Below are positions 8,203 to 18,086 of a DNA stretch of 64,000 bases, piece by piece. The position numbers were made by a program, and so were the translations under genes. Source of the DNA: Eubacteriales bacterium (GTDB taxonomy: Bacteria; Bacillota; Clostridia; Oscillospirales; CAG-272). Below the pieces are notes generated by a model. That model was not told the DNA's origin, did not search any database, and was given only the letters and a program-made list of their open reading frames with translations. Within the stretch, counting starts at the first letter, position 1. Each line of letters begins with the position of its first letter. Location of the stretch: contig JAZQGJ010000028.1 of NCBI GenBank assembly GCA_045539995.1, positions 4,171 through 68,170 on the forward strand, written 5' to 3'.

Positions 8203-9335
8203 GAAAAAGGAAAAGCAAAATGAGAGTAAAAAGGAAAGCCGCTTTTGTAACAGTATTTATACTTCTCTTTATGTCGATAGCATTTTTTGAGGCGAGCGCG
8301 TATGAAGGCGATGAAGCAATTTCGGATTTCATAGATGCTTTGCCCGATGACGCAAGAGACAAAATAGAGCCTGCGCTAAAAGAAAACAGGGTGTCCGAGC
8401 TGCTTCGCGCCGAATTCCTTTTAGATGCGGTGATTTCCTGCTTTTGCGGTGAAATTACAAGCATAGGCAGCGTTCTGTGTACGCTCTTGGCGCTTACCGT
8501 GTTTTTTGCCATTGCATCTATGATAAAAAACGGAATAGGTAATGAGAGCATAGGAAAAATTACGGACAATGCGCTCTTGATAGTTTCAGCTCTTGCGGTA
8601 TATACGCTTTTTTCGTCGGGGCTCACAAGGGTATATACGTATATTGAGGACATAAAAAATTTTCAGAACGGGCTTGTCCCGATAATGACGGGACTCTACT
8701 TCAGCGGGGGAAATACCGCCACGGCGATAAGCGCAAGCGCAGGTGTAGGCGCTGCCCTCGTCATGACGGAAAATCTGTGCGCGAAAGCCTTGCCTGTGCT
8801 TACGAAGGTCTCCTTTGCGCTCACGCTTATAGGCGCTGTCGGCTCTGATATAAATTATTCGTCGCTATGTAGGTCGGTAAGAAATCTGTATATGACGCTG
8901 CTTTCCTTTTTTACTATGATACTTTCTGTATCTATGAGCTTCGGGCAGACGCTTGCCTCTAGTTCCGACTCGGTGGCGGCGAGGACTGTAAAATTTGCCA
9001 TAGGGAATATGATACCCGTTGTGGGGAGCACGGTAAATTCGGCGTACGGCACGCTTGCCGCGTCACTTTCGCTTATAAAAAGCACGGTGGGCGCGTCTTC
9101 TGTCGCGGCGCTTCTTTTAATCACACTTCCCGTGATTATATATCTTCTGCTTCTGAGACTTTCTCTCAATATTTGCGCCTCAGGCGCTGATATGCTTGGT
9201 TGCGCTAAAATAGGAAAGCTTTATACCGATTTTCGCACGGTGTATGATTTAGCTCTGGCGGCTGTTGTTTTCTGCGCTATCCTTTTCATTATCATTATAT
9301 CCTTGTTTGTAAAATGCGCGTGGGCGGTGTCGTGA
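8199..9335 (+). CDS. spoIIIAE: Stage III sporulation protein AE
   Basis: 378 aa with a signal/TM N-terminus followed by a polytopic domain. The ATGA overlaps the spoIIIAD stop. Confidence 0.85.
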   Translation: MRKRKSKMRVKRKAAFVTVFILLFMSIAFFEASAYEGDEAISDFIDALPDDARDKIEPALKENRVSELLRAEFLLDAVISCFCGEITSIGSVLCTLLALTVFFAIASMIKNGIGNESIGKITDNALLIVSALAVYTLFSSGLTRVYTYIEDIKNFQNGLVPIMTGLYFSGGNTATAISASAGVGAALVMTENLCAKALPVLTKVSFALTLIGAVGSDINYSSLCRSVRNLYMTLLSFFTMILSVSMSFGQTLASSSDSVAARTVKFAIGNMIPVVGSTVNSAYGTLAASLSLIKSTVGASSVAALLLITLPVIIYLLLLRLSLNICASGADMLGCAKIGKLYTDFRTVYDLALAAVVFCAILFIIIISLFVKCAWAVS

Positions 9336-9811
9336 TGAGGGAATACGCAATTTCACTTATTATGGTTTCGCTGCTTTGCGCGGTGCTTTCCACGCTTTCG
9401 CCCGAAGGGAAAATGAAAAGACCTATCTCGTTTTCTCTGTCGCTTGTGCTTCTTTGCGTTCTCATTTCTCCTCTTTTCGGCGCGCTTGGCAATATAAAGG
9501 ATATAAGTCAGGAATTCTTTCTCAATACCGACGTCTCAAGCGATGAGCCTGTTGCAAATCCTGATTTTGAAAAAGAGACCGAAGACGCTATATGCGAGGG
9601 GCTTATAATCGCGTTAAGCGATAAATTCGGAATGTCAGAGGAGAATATAAAGGCAAAATGTAAGATTAAAATAATCGGCAGCGAGGTGCTTTTTTTGCGA
9701 GTTGAAATAACTCTTTCGGGCAGGGCAGTGTTTTCAGACATACGCAAGATAGAAGAATATATAGAAAGCTCGCTTGGGTGCGAATGTGAGGTGTATTTGC
9801 TTGAAAATTGA
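9335..9811 (+). CDS. spoIIIAF: Stage III sporulation protein AF
   Basis: I moved the start to the ATG at 9335, overlapping the spoIIIAE TGA. N-terminal TM pair plus a soluble domain, about 158 aa. Confidence 0.75.
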   Translation: MREYAISLIMVSLLCAVLSTLSPEGKMKRPISFSLSLVLLCVLISPLFGALGNIKDISQEFFLNTDVSSDEPVANPDFEKETEDAICEGLIIALSDKFGMSEENIKAKCKIKIIGSEVLFLRVEITLSGRAVFSDIRKIEEYIESSLGCECEVYLLEN

Positions 9812-10277
9812 CAATACAATACTTAAATACATAAAGAATTTAAAAGGGAAGTGGGCTATTTGTCTTTTGGCGGCAGTCGGAATTTTGCTCTTGCTTTTGG
9901 GAGGAGGAATGTCGGGGACAAATGAATGCGAGGCAAGCTCAGAAAAAGAATATACAGAGGAAAGTGAGAGGTACAGGATAGAGCTTGAGGAGAAAATATC
10001 TCAAATATGCAGAAGGGTGAGCCGAGACGAAAGTCCCACGGTGATTGTCACGCTTGAATGCGGCGAAGAATACGTTTACGCCAAGCGCTCTGACGGTAGC
10101 TATATCGTTTCGTCGGGAGAGGGAATCCTGCTTTGCCGAAAAATGCCTCGCGTCTGTGGGGTCGCTATAGTCTGCCGAAACGGAGACGAGCCCTCGGTAC
10201 AGACCTGTATAACAGAGCTTGTTTGCTCGCTTCTTGGGGTAGGGGCAAACAGGGTTTGCGTAAGCGCGACACGATAA
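9801..10277 (+). CDS. spoIIIAG: Stage III sporulation protein AG
   Basis: I moved the start to the TTG at 9801, which sits 7 nt after a strong SD (gaggtg). TM WAICLLAAVGILLLLLGG. C-terminal VCGVAIVCRNGDEPSVQTCITELVCSLLGVGANRVCV is typical of SpoIIIAG. Confidence 0.8.
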   Translation: MKIDNTILKYIKNLKGKWAICLLAAVGILLLLLGGGMSGTNECEASSEKEYTEESERYRIELEEKISQICRRVSRDESPTVIVTLECGEEYVYAKRSDGSYIVSSGEGILLCRKMPRVCGVAIVCRNGDEPSVQTCITELVCSLLGVGANRVCVSATR

Positions 10278-10366
10278 ACAAAAAACATTATATCATTTAT
10301 GCATAAAAGCTTTTGTTGCGGAATATATATGTAATACATTAATGCTACATAATGGAGGAAAAAGAA

Positions 10367-10927
10367 ATGGCAAAAATTTTTGGAAAAGACGGCGCGATAA
10401 TGAAGTTCGGGAAACGCAATATAATTATCGTTTGCGCGGTGGTATTGATCGGCTTGGCGGTATATCTCAATTACCTTTGGTACTACGATTCTGTCAGCAA
10501 CATAGGCTACGGCGATAATAATATGAGCGACCAATCAGGCGAGGATTTGAACGTTTCCGTTGAGGCAGAGGACACAAGCGAGGCTTACTTCAGCGCAACA
10601 CAGCTCAGCCGTCAGCAGGCAAGAGACGAGGCTCTTGAGGTTCTTGAAAAGGTTGTATCAAGCGAGGACGCTCTTGAGGTGACAAAGGAAGAGGCGCTTG
10701 AGGATATTTCAAGAATAGCCGCTGAAATTGAAAAGGAGTCCAACATAGAGGCGCTTATCGTCGCAAAGGGCTTTGAAAAGTGTATAGCTGTAGTAAACGG
10801 CGAAAACGCGAGCATCATCGTTAAATCCGACGAAGAGCTCGTCAGCAGTCAGATAGCTCAGATAAGCGAGATAGTTTATACCTCCGCAGGTATTCTTCCC
10901 GCGAACACCAAAATAATCAGAAAATAA
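10367..10927 (+). CDS. spoIIIAH: Stage III sporulation protein AH
   Basis: I moved the start to the ATG at 10367 (SD ggagg 8 nt upstream). N-terminal TM, acidic linker, and a C-terminal ALIVAKGFEKCIAVVNGENASIIVKSD YscJ/FliF-like fold signature. Confidence 0.8.
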   Translation: MAKIFGKDGAIMKFGKRNIIIVCAVVLIGLAVYLNYLWYYDSVSNIGYGDNNMSDQSGEDLNVSVEAEDTSEAYFSATQLSRQQARDEALEVLEKVVSSEDALEVTKEEALEDISRIAAEIEKESNIEALIVAKGFEKCIAVVNGENASIIVKSDEELVSSQIAQISEIVYTSAGILPANTKIIRK

Positions 10928-11007
10928 GCTCTTTCGCTATAACAAAACGAAAGTGAAAAAGGACGCTTACGTTACACATTTTTTCGTGTATCATAAGCGT
11001 CTTTTGT

Positions 11008-12420
11008 TTATTCGGCTCTTTTTTCGCAGTATTCGATGATAATAAATATCAGCACGGTAAGAAGCTCATAGGGCAGAGGACAGAATTCGCCCGGATTTAC
11101 CTGACTCATAAGCAAAATTCCGAGATAGGAAATTCCGAGACATAGGCCTTGAGGACTGATTTTTTTAAAAATCAGCCTTGCCCTGACAATGAACTGATGT
11201 CCGTAGGCGAGTATTCCGAGAGAGCCCAGACTTCCCACTATCTGAGGTATCATCATATGATACCAGTGTAGCGCGCCCTTTTTCGGGTTATAAAGGTCGG
11301 AATTTCCGCTATATGCAAGTCCCTTTCCAAAGACAGGCGAGGACTTGAAATCCTCAAAGGCGCGGAAAATAAGCTTGCTTCTGGCTTCGTCTTTCTTTAT
11401 AAGGTTTGGAAAATTTTTAAATGATAGCGCCGTACCCTTAAAGAAGTCTGGTATATTTAAATATATAAGCGCGCGCCTCAAGAGCAACACAAAGGCAATT
11501 GCGATAGCGAGAGAGGAAAGAAGGGTAATTATATTCTTTTTGTTATAGCGTATAGCGTAAATGGCGCAAAAAAGAAATTCTATGGGAGCAAATACAATAG
11601 CGCCTCTCGATGTGGTTAAAATAAGCGCGGCAAGCATAAGAGCGCCTGCAAAAAAATGCAGACAGTTCTTTCTCGCAAAATAAAAGGGAAACGGCAAGCA
11701 GAGCATAAGGAACGTAGCGGCGTTGTTTCTCCATTGAAAGGCAATCGCCATATTTAAACGACCCGTTTCAATAAGAAAAGGAAGGTTCTTTAAATAGATG
11801 TGCAAAACAGAGAAAACACAAAACAGACCTATAAGATACATAATCTTGCAGAAAAGCTCGGGAATGTTTTCCTCTGATGAGAAAATGCCCTCGCGCGCGA
11901 CGATATAGAAAAGAATCATTCCGAAGCCTAAAAAGAATACGTAATAAAGCGCCATAGGCGAAAAATATTCGGACGGGGAAATAGAGCCTATTCCACCGAG
12001 AGTGACGGCGAAGGCAACCGAGAGATTGCCGTAAAAGCTCTTGCCGACTGTAATCCTTTGTTTACGTTTTAATGCTCTTGCCGTTACGCACAGCTTTGTT
12101 ATAAGAGCCGCTATCGGAATAATTGCAACCCACCAATACACAATAAAGGTATCAAACGAGTTATAGCATTTCATTGCTATAGCGCAAAGAAGCAAAAACG
12201 GGTAAAGCGCTTGTATGTTGCTTTTTGGAAGCGCCAAGAAAACCGACGTTATTACGACAAACAAGAGCGTCCCGAAAACGAGCTTTTCACTGATAACAAT
12301 AAGCGCGGCGATAATAAAGAGTATAGCCTTTGCGACGTCGGAAAACGCAGCTTTTGATATTTTACGTATCAAAGCGCTGCAGAATGACGGTTTTTTTTGT
12401 GTAACGGTACTGTCTTGCAT
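11008..12420 (-). CDS. O-antigen ligase/polymerase-like (Wzy_C family) polytopic membrane protein
   Basis: 470 aa with at least 10 hydrophobic segments. Contains the LILTTSRGAIVFAPIEF loop typical of the family. Confidence 0.65.
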   Translation of the reverse strand: MQDSTVTQKKPSFCSALIRKISKAAFSDVAKAILFIIAALIVISEKLVFGTLLFVVITSVFLALPKSNIQALYPFLLLCAIAMKCYNSFDTFIVYWWVAIIPIAALITKLCVTARALKRKQRITVGKSFYGNLSVAFAVTLGGIGSISPSEYFSPMALYYVFFLGFGMILFYIVAREGIFSSEENIPELFCKIMYLIGLFCVFSVLHIYLKNLPFLIETGRLNMAIAFQWRNNAATFLMLCLPFPFYFARKNCLHFFAGALMLAALILTTSRGAIVFAPIEFLFCAIYAIRYNKKNIITLLSSLAIAIAFVLLLRRALIYLNIPDFFKGTALSFKNFPNLIKKDEARSKLIFRAFEDFKSSPVFGKGLAYSGNSDLYNPKKGALHWYHMMIPQIVGSLGSLGILAYGHQFIVRARLIFKKISPQGLCLGISYLGILLMSQVNPGEFCPLPYELLTVLIFIIIEYCEKRAE

Positions 12421-12502
12421 ATTATATCCCCCTTTTCTATGTCTTTAAAAACGAACAGCACCAAATGCCTTTTTTGACTTTTGATGCTGTTACGAAATAG
12501 CA

Positions 12503-14329
12503 TTACGCTTTATGCTCGGTATCTATCTTATATGTAGGAACAAGCTCGGCAATAAGCTCCTTCATCCTGTCGGTTTCCTTGTACGCCTCAGAATAAAGCT
12601 CGTCTAATTTTTTACGAAGGAAGTCCTCGTCGATATCAAGGGGCTTTCCTATGCTTATGAGGTCGTTTGCTGTTTTTTGCAAGCCCTCTTCTGCCATCAG
12701 CCTTTCCTCATACAGCTTTTCGCCGGGACGCAGACCTGTGCATTTTATATCAATGTCAACGTTGGGCTCAAAGCCGCTTAAGCGTATGAGATTTTCAGCA
12801 AGGTCATAAATTTTTACAGGCTCTCCCATATCGAGGACGAAAATTTCTCCGCCCTTAGCGTAAGCGCCCGCCTGCAAGACAAGCGATACGGCTTCCTGTA
12901 TAGTCATAAAATAACGGATTATATCCTTGTGAGTTACGGTTACGGGACCGCCGTTTTCTATCTGTCTTTTGAACAGTGGAATAACGCTTCCGTTTGAGCC
13001 AAGCACGTTTCCGAAGCGAACAGCCACAAATTCGGTTTTTGAGTGACGGCTGTAGGTCTGAATTATCATTTCGCAAATACGCTTTGTCGCGCCCATTATA
13101 TTAGTCGGGTTTACAGCCTTGTCGGTGCTTATTTGCACAAATCGCTTTACAGAATACTTATCGGATGCCAAAACCACGTTAAGAGTGCCGAAAACGTTAT
13201 TTTTTACAGCCTCGTTAGGGCTATTTTCCATAAGCGGAACGTGCTTGTGAGCCGCCGCGTTGAATACAATATCGGGACGGTAGGTATCAAAAAGATCATC
13301 TACCTTCTTCTTGTCTCGTACGCTTCCTATAAGCGCGAGAAGATTAAGCTCGGGATGCGTACGGCGAAGCTCCTGCTCTATTTCGTACGTGCTGTTCTCG
13401 TAAATGTCGAAGATTATAAGAAGTCTCGGCTTCTGTTCCGCTAACTGACGGCAAAGCTCGCTTCCAATAGAGCCGCCTCCGCCTGTGACAAGTACTACCT
13501 TGTCTTTTGTATATTCAGCTATATGATCGTTGTCTATTTTTATCTGCTCGCGTCCCAGAAGGTCGGAGATCTCGACCTGACGAAGCTTTGAAATATTAAC
13601 GTCCTCGTTTATAAGCTGATATATTCCGGGCAGAGTTTTTACCTTGCATTTTGTAGCGGCGCATCTCTCGTAAACGGGCTTGAGATTCTTTGCCGAAACC
13701 GAAGGCATAGCCACTATAATTTCGTCAATTTTATATTTCTCCACAGACGCGGAGATATCGCTCGTCGTGCCTACGATAGGAACGTTACAGATAAGCATTT
13801 TATGCTTCGCGGGGTCGTCGTCTAATGCGCAGACGGGGTGCATTGTGAGATGCTTTGAGGTCTGCATCTCGCGGATAATAAGAGCGCCCGCGTTTCCTGC
13901 GCCTATTATCATTACGCGCTTTCTGTCCTCTCTGTGGTCCTTGTATCTCTTTTTGTAAGCGTTATACAGGCGCTTGGAGAATACCTGACAGCAGGAGGCG
14001 AATGCAAAAATAACGTTGAAAATCAAGGGAAGACGCCAAGAAAAATCAAGAAAAAGAACAGACGCGATAAATGTTATAAAGCTGACGGCGACACAGCCGA
14101 GCATAACTCTTATTCCCTCAAAAAGTCCTGCGTTAGTATATACTATGTCATACACGCGAAGCAAAAAGAAGGAGACGAGAGCCGAAGCCAATGCAACAAT
14201 GCCGTAAATAATGAGATTTTGGTTTAGGGGGAGATCAAGAGTCAGAGCGGATAATAAAAGTGAGCAAAAAACCAAAAAAGCATCTATCAGCGCTAACAAG
14301 AGTACGCGAATGTAAGCCCTTTTGAACAT
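12503..14329 (-). CDS. Membrane-anchored nucleotide-sugar 4,6-dehydratase/epimerase (CapD/PglF/WbpM family)
   Basis: 608 aa. Four N-terminal TM segments and two Rossmann motifs: MIIGAGNAGALIIREM and VLVTGGGGSIGSELCRQ. Confidence 0.85.
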   Translation of the reverse strand: MFKRAYIRVLLLALIDAFLVFCSLLLSALTLDLPLNQNLIIYGIVALASALVSFFLLRVYDIVYTNAGLFEGIRVMLGCVAVSFITFIASVLFLDFSWRLPLIFNVIFAFASCCQVFSKRLYNAYKKRYKDHREDRKRVMIIGAGNAGALIIREMQTSKHLTMHPVCALDDDPAKHKMLICNVPIVGTTSDISASVEKYKIDEIIVAMPSVSAKNLKPVYERCAATKCKVKTLPGIYQLINEDVNISKLRQVEISDLLGREQIKIDNDHIAEYTKDKVVLVTGGGGSIGSELCRQLAEQKPRLLIIFDIYENSTYEIEQELRRTHPELNLLALIGSVRDKKKVDDLFDTYRPDIVFNAAAHKHVPLMENSPNEAVKNNVFGTLNVVLASDKYSVKRFVQISTDKAVNPTNIMGATKRICEMIIQTYSRHSKTEFVAVRFGNVLGSNGSVIPLFKRQIENGGPVTVTHKDIIRYFMTIQEAVSLVLQAGAYAKGGEIFVLDMGEPVKIYDLAENLIRLSGFEPNVDIDIKCTGLRPGEKLYEERLMAEEGLQKTANDLISIGKPLDIDEDFLRKKLDELYSEAYKETDRMKELIAELVPTYKIDTEHKA

Positions 14330-14528
14330 TATAAAATTCCTCCGAAAAAAATGGATGAATATAAAAACACCTAAATATTATAGTACACCAAAAATTTAGA
14401 AAAGTCAATAGAAAAAAGGAGGAAAACTAAAAAATGCCAAAAAAGAGCAATAAAACAGAGTAAAAATAGTGAAAAATCAACAAAAAAATGGAATTAGGAA
14501 AAATACTTTTAAAAAAACAGGTATTTTG

Positions 14529-14557
14529 TTGAAAAAACGTCAAATTTATGTTATACT
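14529..14557 (+). promoter_or_regulatory. SigmaA-type promoter upstream of the sufC-like gene
   Basis: TTGAAA (14529-14534), a 17-nt spacer, then TATACT (14552-14557) with an extended TGt. Confidence 0.55.
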
Positions 14558-14605
14558 AATAAAGTCGATATGAAATGAATTTTAAAGAGCCTTTTTGGAG
14601 GAAAT

Positions 14606-15331
14606 ATGTTAGAATTAAAAAACGTCTCCTACTATGCAGAGGACGGAGAGGTAAAAAAGGAAATATTAAAGAACGTCAGCCTTGAAATAAACGAGAGGTT
14701 TGTCGCTATAACAGGACCGAACGGAGGAGGAAAATCTACGCTTGCCAAAATAATAGCGGGCATATATAAGCCGAGCGAGGGCAGAATTTTTCTTGACGGA
14801 GAGGATATTACCGAGCTTGGAATTACAGAGCGCGCGAAAAAGGGCGTCAGCTTCGCCTTTCAACAGCCCGTGCGCTTTAAGGGAATTACTGTTCTCGACC
14901 TTATAACTCTTGCTACAGGCAGAAAAATCGGAATTTCCGAGGCGTGCGAATATCTTTCCGAGGTAGGTCTTTGCGCGAGGGAATATATAAACAGAGAGGT
15001 AAACGCAAGTCTTTCGGGAGGCGAGCTTAAGCGTATAGAAATAGCCACAGTTCTCGCAAGAGAGACAAAGCTTTCCGTATTTGACGAGCCCGAGGCGGGA
15101 ATAGACCTCTGGAGCTTCAACAGCCTTATAAACGTTTTTGAAAATATGCACGAAAAAATCAAGGGCTCTATACTGATAATATCGCATCAGGAGAGAATTT
15201 TGAATATAGCCGATAAGATAGTGGTTATAGCAAACGGTAAAATAGATAACGTGGGAACAAAAGAGGAGATTTTACCGAGCTTGCTCGGGGATGCCTCTGC
15301 CTGCCGAACACTTACGGACAAGCTGAAATGA
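14606..15331 (+). CDS. sufC: SufC-like ABC ATPase
   Basis: 241 aa. Walker A GPNGGGKSTLAKIIAG, signature LSGGELKRIEIA, Walker B SVFDEPEAGID, and ISHQERIL. Confidence 0.75.
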   Translation: MLELKNVSYYAEDGEVKKEILKNVSLEINERFVAITGPNGGGKSTLAKIIAGIYKPSEGRIFLDGEDITELGITERAKKGVSFAFQQPVRFKGITVLDLITLATGRKIGISEACEYLSEVGLCAREYINREVNASLSGGELKRIEIATVLARETKLSVFDEPEAGIDLWSFNSLINVFENMHEKIKGSILIISHQERILNIADKIVVIANGKIDNVGTKEEILPSLLGDASACRTLTDKLK

Positions 15332-15341
15332 GGTGGATATA

Positions 15342-16259
15342 ATGGACAGTATTCAGAAGACCTTGCTCTCGCAGGTAGCCGATCTTCATGAGGTGCCGAG
15401 CGGAGCCTATAACATTCGCAGTAACGGACAGACAAGCGGAAGAAATACGACTGCCAATATCGACATCGTCACAAGAGAGGACAAAAAGGGTATAAACATT
15501 ATAATAAAGGCGGGAACAAAAAACGAAAGCGTACACATTCCCGTTATAATAAGTCAGACGGGATATGAGGAAATGGTTTATAACGATTTCTTCATAGGCG
15601 AGGACTGCGACGTTACTATAGTAGCGGGCTGCGGAATTCACAATTCGGGTGACGAAAAATCGCGTCACGACGGAATACATTCATTTTTTGTCGGGAAGAA
15701 TTCGAAGGTCAAATACGTTGAAAAGCATTACGGAGACGGCGACGGAAGCGGAGAAACCGTTATGAATCCCACTACCGTTATCGAGCTTGACGAGGGCGCC
15801 TATATGGAGCTTGATACCTTGCAGATAAAGGGCGTAAGCTCTACCGAGAGAGTAACTAAGGCAAAGCTCGGACGGGAGTCAAGCCTCGTTATACGCGAGA
15901 AGATAATGACTCACGGACGTCAGTACGCAAAGACGGATTTTATAGTTGACCTCGACGGAGAAAATTCTAAGGCTAACGTTATTTCCCGTTCTGTCGCGAG
16001 AGATGATTCATATCAGGTCTTTTATTCCAAAATAAACGGAAACAATCGCTGCACAGGACATTCCGAATGCGACGCCATAGTTATGGATAACGCAAAGGTA
16101 AGCGCGATTCCCGAAATTACCGCCAACAGCATTGAGGCGTCGCTCATTCACGAAGCGGCGATAGGAAAAATCGCGGGAGAGCAGCTCATTAAGCTGATGT
16201 CTCTCGGACTTACCGAAAAGGAAGCAGAGGAGCAGATAGTAAACGGCTTCCTGAAATAA
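15342..16259 (+). CDS. SufB/SufD-family protein
   Basis: I moved the start to the ATG at 15342 (SD gaggtgg 5 nt upstream). The C-terminal IHEAAIGKIAGEQLIKLMSLGLTEKEAEEQIVNGFL is typical of the SufBD beta-helix family. Confidence 0.7.
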   Translation: MDSIQKTLLSQVADLHEVPSGAYNIRSNGQTSGRNTTANIDIVTREDKKGINIIIKAGTKNESVHIPVIISQTGYEEMVYNDFFIGEDCDVTIVAGCGIHNSGDEKSRHDGIHSFFVGKNSKVKYVEKHYGDGDGSGETVMNPTTVIELDEGAYMELDTLQIKGVSSTERVTKAKLGRESSLVIREKIMTHGRQYAKTDFIVDLDGENSKANVISRSVARDDSYQVFYSKINGNNRCTGHSECDAIVMDNAKVSAIPEITANSIEASLIHEAAIGKIAGEQLIKLMSLGLTEKEAEEQIVNGFLK

Positions 16260-16330
16260 AACGACATAAGATTTTACGGGACTGTCGCGCGTGTGGCAGT
16301 CTCTTGTTTAAAGAGAAAAGGAGGGGAACA

Positions 16331-18079
16331 ATGTTTGATGCGGGAATGCTTCGCGCAGTTATACACGAGATAAACACCTTTGTCGCCGGTGGCGCGAGGG
16401 TTGAAAAGGTTTATCAGCCGCTAAAGGACGAAATAGACCTTCTTTTGCACGTGGGCAGAGAAACCAAGCGCCTGTGCATCAACGCCTCGTCAAATGCGCC
16501 GAGAATTTCCTTTTCCGAGCGCTCAAGGGAAAACCCCGCGAATGCGCCTATGTTCTGTATGCTCTTGCGTAAGCATCTGGCGGGCGCGAGGCTTGTGTCT
16601 GCCGAACAGCTCGGCTTTGAGAGAGCCGTCCGTCTTTGCTTCTGCGGATATGACGAAATGGGCTTTGACACAAAGCGCTATCTCATAGCCGAAATTATGG
16701 GCAAATACAGTAATCTTATCCTTCTTGACGGAGATGACAAAATAATATCGGCGCTTAAAATCATAGATTTTTCGAGTAGCCGTTTGCGTCAGATATTGCC
16801 GGGCTTAAAATACGAAAACCCACCCGCGCAGGATAAGGCAGATCCTCTTTCAGAGACGAAGGAGGGCTTTTTAGAAAAGCTCGCGGCCTTTCCGTCAGAG
16901 CGTCAGGCAGACAAGTTCATAACGAGCGCGTATTTCGGAATTTCCTCATCTCTTTCACGCGAAATCGTGTACAGAGCAAGCAAAACGACAGACGCTCTCA
17001 TTTTTGAGACCGATAAAAGCAGACTGTGCGAGGAGTTTTTTAAGATAATAAACAATCTGCTAACAAATGTTTACACGCCTTCTTTGGTAAAGGACGTAGA
17101 CGGAAAGCCTATAGATTATTATTTTACCGAGCCGAAAAGCTATAAGGGCGTGGCAGAGATCGAGACCTTCGCTACCTTTGGCGAGCTGCTCGACAGGTTT
17201 TTTGGAGACAGGGACAGAGCAGAGCGAATAAGGCAGAGGGGAAACGATATATTGAGACTGCTTGACAATGCCGAATCAAGACTCAGGAAAAAGCTATCTC
17301 TGCAGAAAGAAGAGCTTTGCGACTGCGCTAAAGGAGAGGAGTATAAGAAAAACGGCGATCTTATAACCGCCAATCTTTATATGCTTAAAAGAGGAATGTC
17401 CTCATTTACGGCAATTGACTATTTCTCCGAAGAACCGAGTGAAGTAACCGTTTCGCTTGACACGAGGCTTTCTCCTGCGCAGAACGCGCAGAAAATGTAT
17501 AAGCTGTATAATAAAGCGAAGAGCGCAAGGTTGCATCTCACCTCTCTGATAGAAGGGGCGCAGAGCGAGCTTGAATATATAGAAAGCGTTCGCGCTTTTC
17601 TTGACGGAGCAGAAACCGAGGAGGATCTCAACGAGATAAGAAGCGAGCTTTATCATTCGGGATATGCCTCGCGTATGAAAAATTATACCCCACCGAAGCA
17701 GATAAAGTCACGCCCGCTTGAGTTTGAAAGCGACAGCGGATACAGAATTCTTTGCGGCAGAAACAATCTGCAAAACGAGCTTCTGACCTTTAAAGTGGCA
17801 TCAAAGGACGATTTGTGGTTTCATGCAAAGGGAGTGCCGGGCTCTCACGTAATTCTGATATGTAACGGAGAAGAGCCGAGCGAAAAGGATTATACAGAGG
17901 CAGCCGAGATTGCCGCCTATTATTCCAAGGCGAGCGGCGCGCCCGTAGCCGTTGATTATACGAGAGTAAAGAACGTTAAAAAGCCGTCGGGCGCACATTC
18001 GGGATACGTAATTTATAAGACTAATTATACGGCGTACGTTACCCCGAAGCCAGACGTACAGAATAAAAAGAAGGGATAA
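16331..18079 (+). CDS. rqcH: NFACT-family ribosome quality control protein (FbpA/RqcH)
   Basis: I moved the start to the ATG at 16331 (SD aaggagggg). MFDAGMLRAVIHEIN NFACT-N start, a coiled-coil middle, and a C-terminal DDLWFHAKGVPGSHVIL NFACT-R/DUF814. Confidence 0.8.
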   Translation: MFDAGMLRAVIHEINTFVAGGARVEKVYQPLKDEIDLLLHVGRETKRLCINASSNAPRISFSERSRENPANAPMFCMLLRKHLAGARLVSAEQLGFERAVRLCFCGYDEMGFDTKRYLIAEIMGKYSNLILLDGDDKIISALKIIDFSSSRLRQILPGLKYENPPAQDKADPLSETKEGFLEKLAAFPSERQADKFITSAYFGISSSLSREIVYRASKTTDALIFETDKSRLCEEFFKIINNLLTNVYTPSLVKDVDGKPIDYYFTEPKSYKGVAEIETFATFGELLDRFFGDRDRAERIRQRGNDILRLLDNAESRLRKKLSLQKEELCDCAKGEEYKKNGDLITANLYMLKRGMSSFTAIDYFSEEPSEVTVSLDTRLSPAQNAQKMYKLYNKAKSARLHLTSLIEGAQSELEYIESVRAFLDGAETEEDLNEIRSELYHSGYASRMKNYTPPKQIKSRPLEFESDSGYRILCGRNNLQNELLTFKVASKDDLWFHAKGVPGSHVILICNGEEPSEKDYTEAAEIAAYYSKASGAPVAVDYTRVKNVKKPSGAHSGYVIYKTNYTAYVTPKPDVQNKKKG

Positions 18080-18086
18080 ATCTCAA

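Noticed and set aside
8189-8653. 154-aa ORF on the minus strand
   Set aside because: It is antisense to spoIIIAE within a tightly packed, syntenic operon.
14434-14463. 9-codon mini-ORF (MPKKSNKTE) with GGAGG 11 nt upstream, in the capD/sufC divergent region
   Set aside because: It lies upstream of the predicted sufC promoter, so it is not a leader peptide for sufC. The SD-like purine run is expected by chance in this A-rich spacer. There is no supporting structure.
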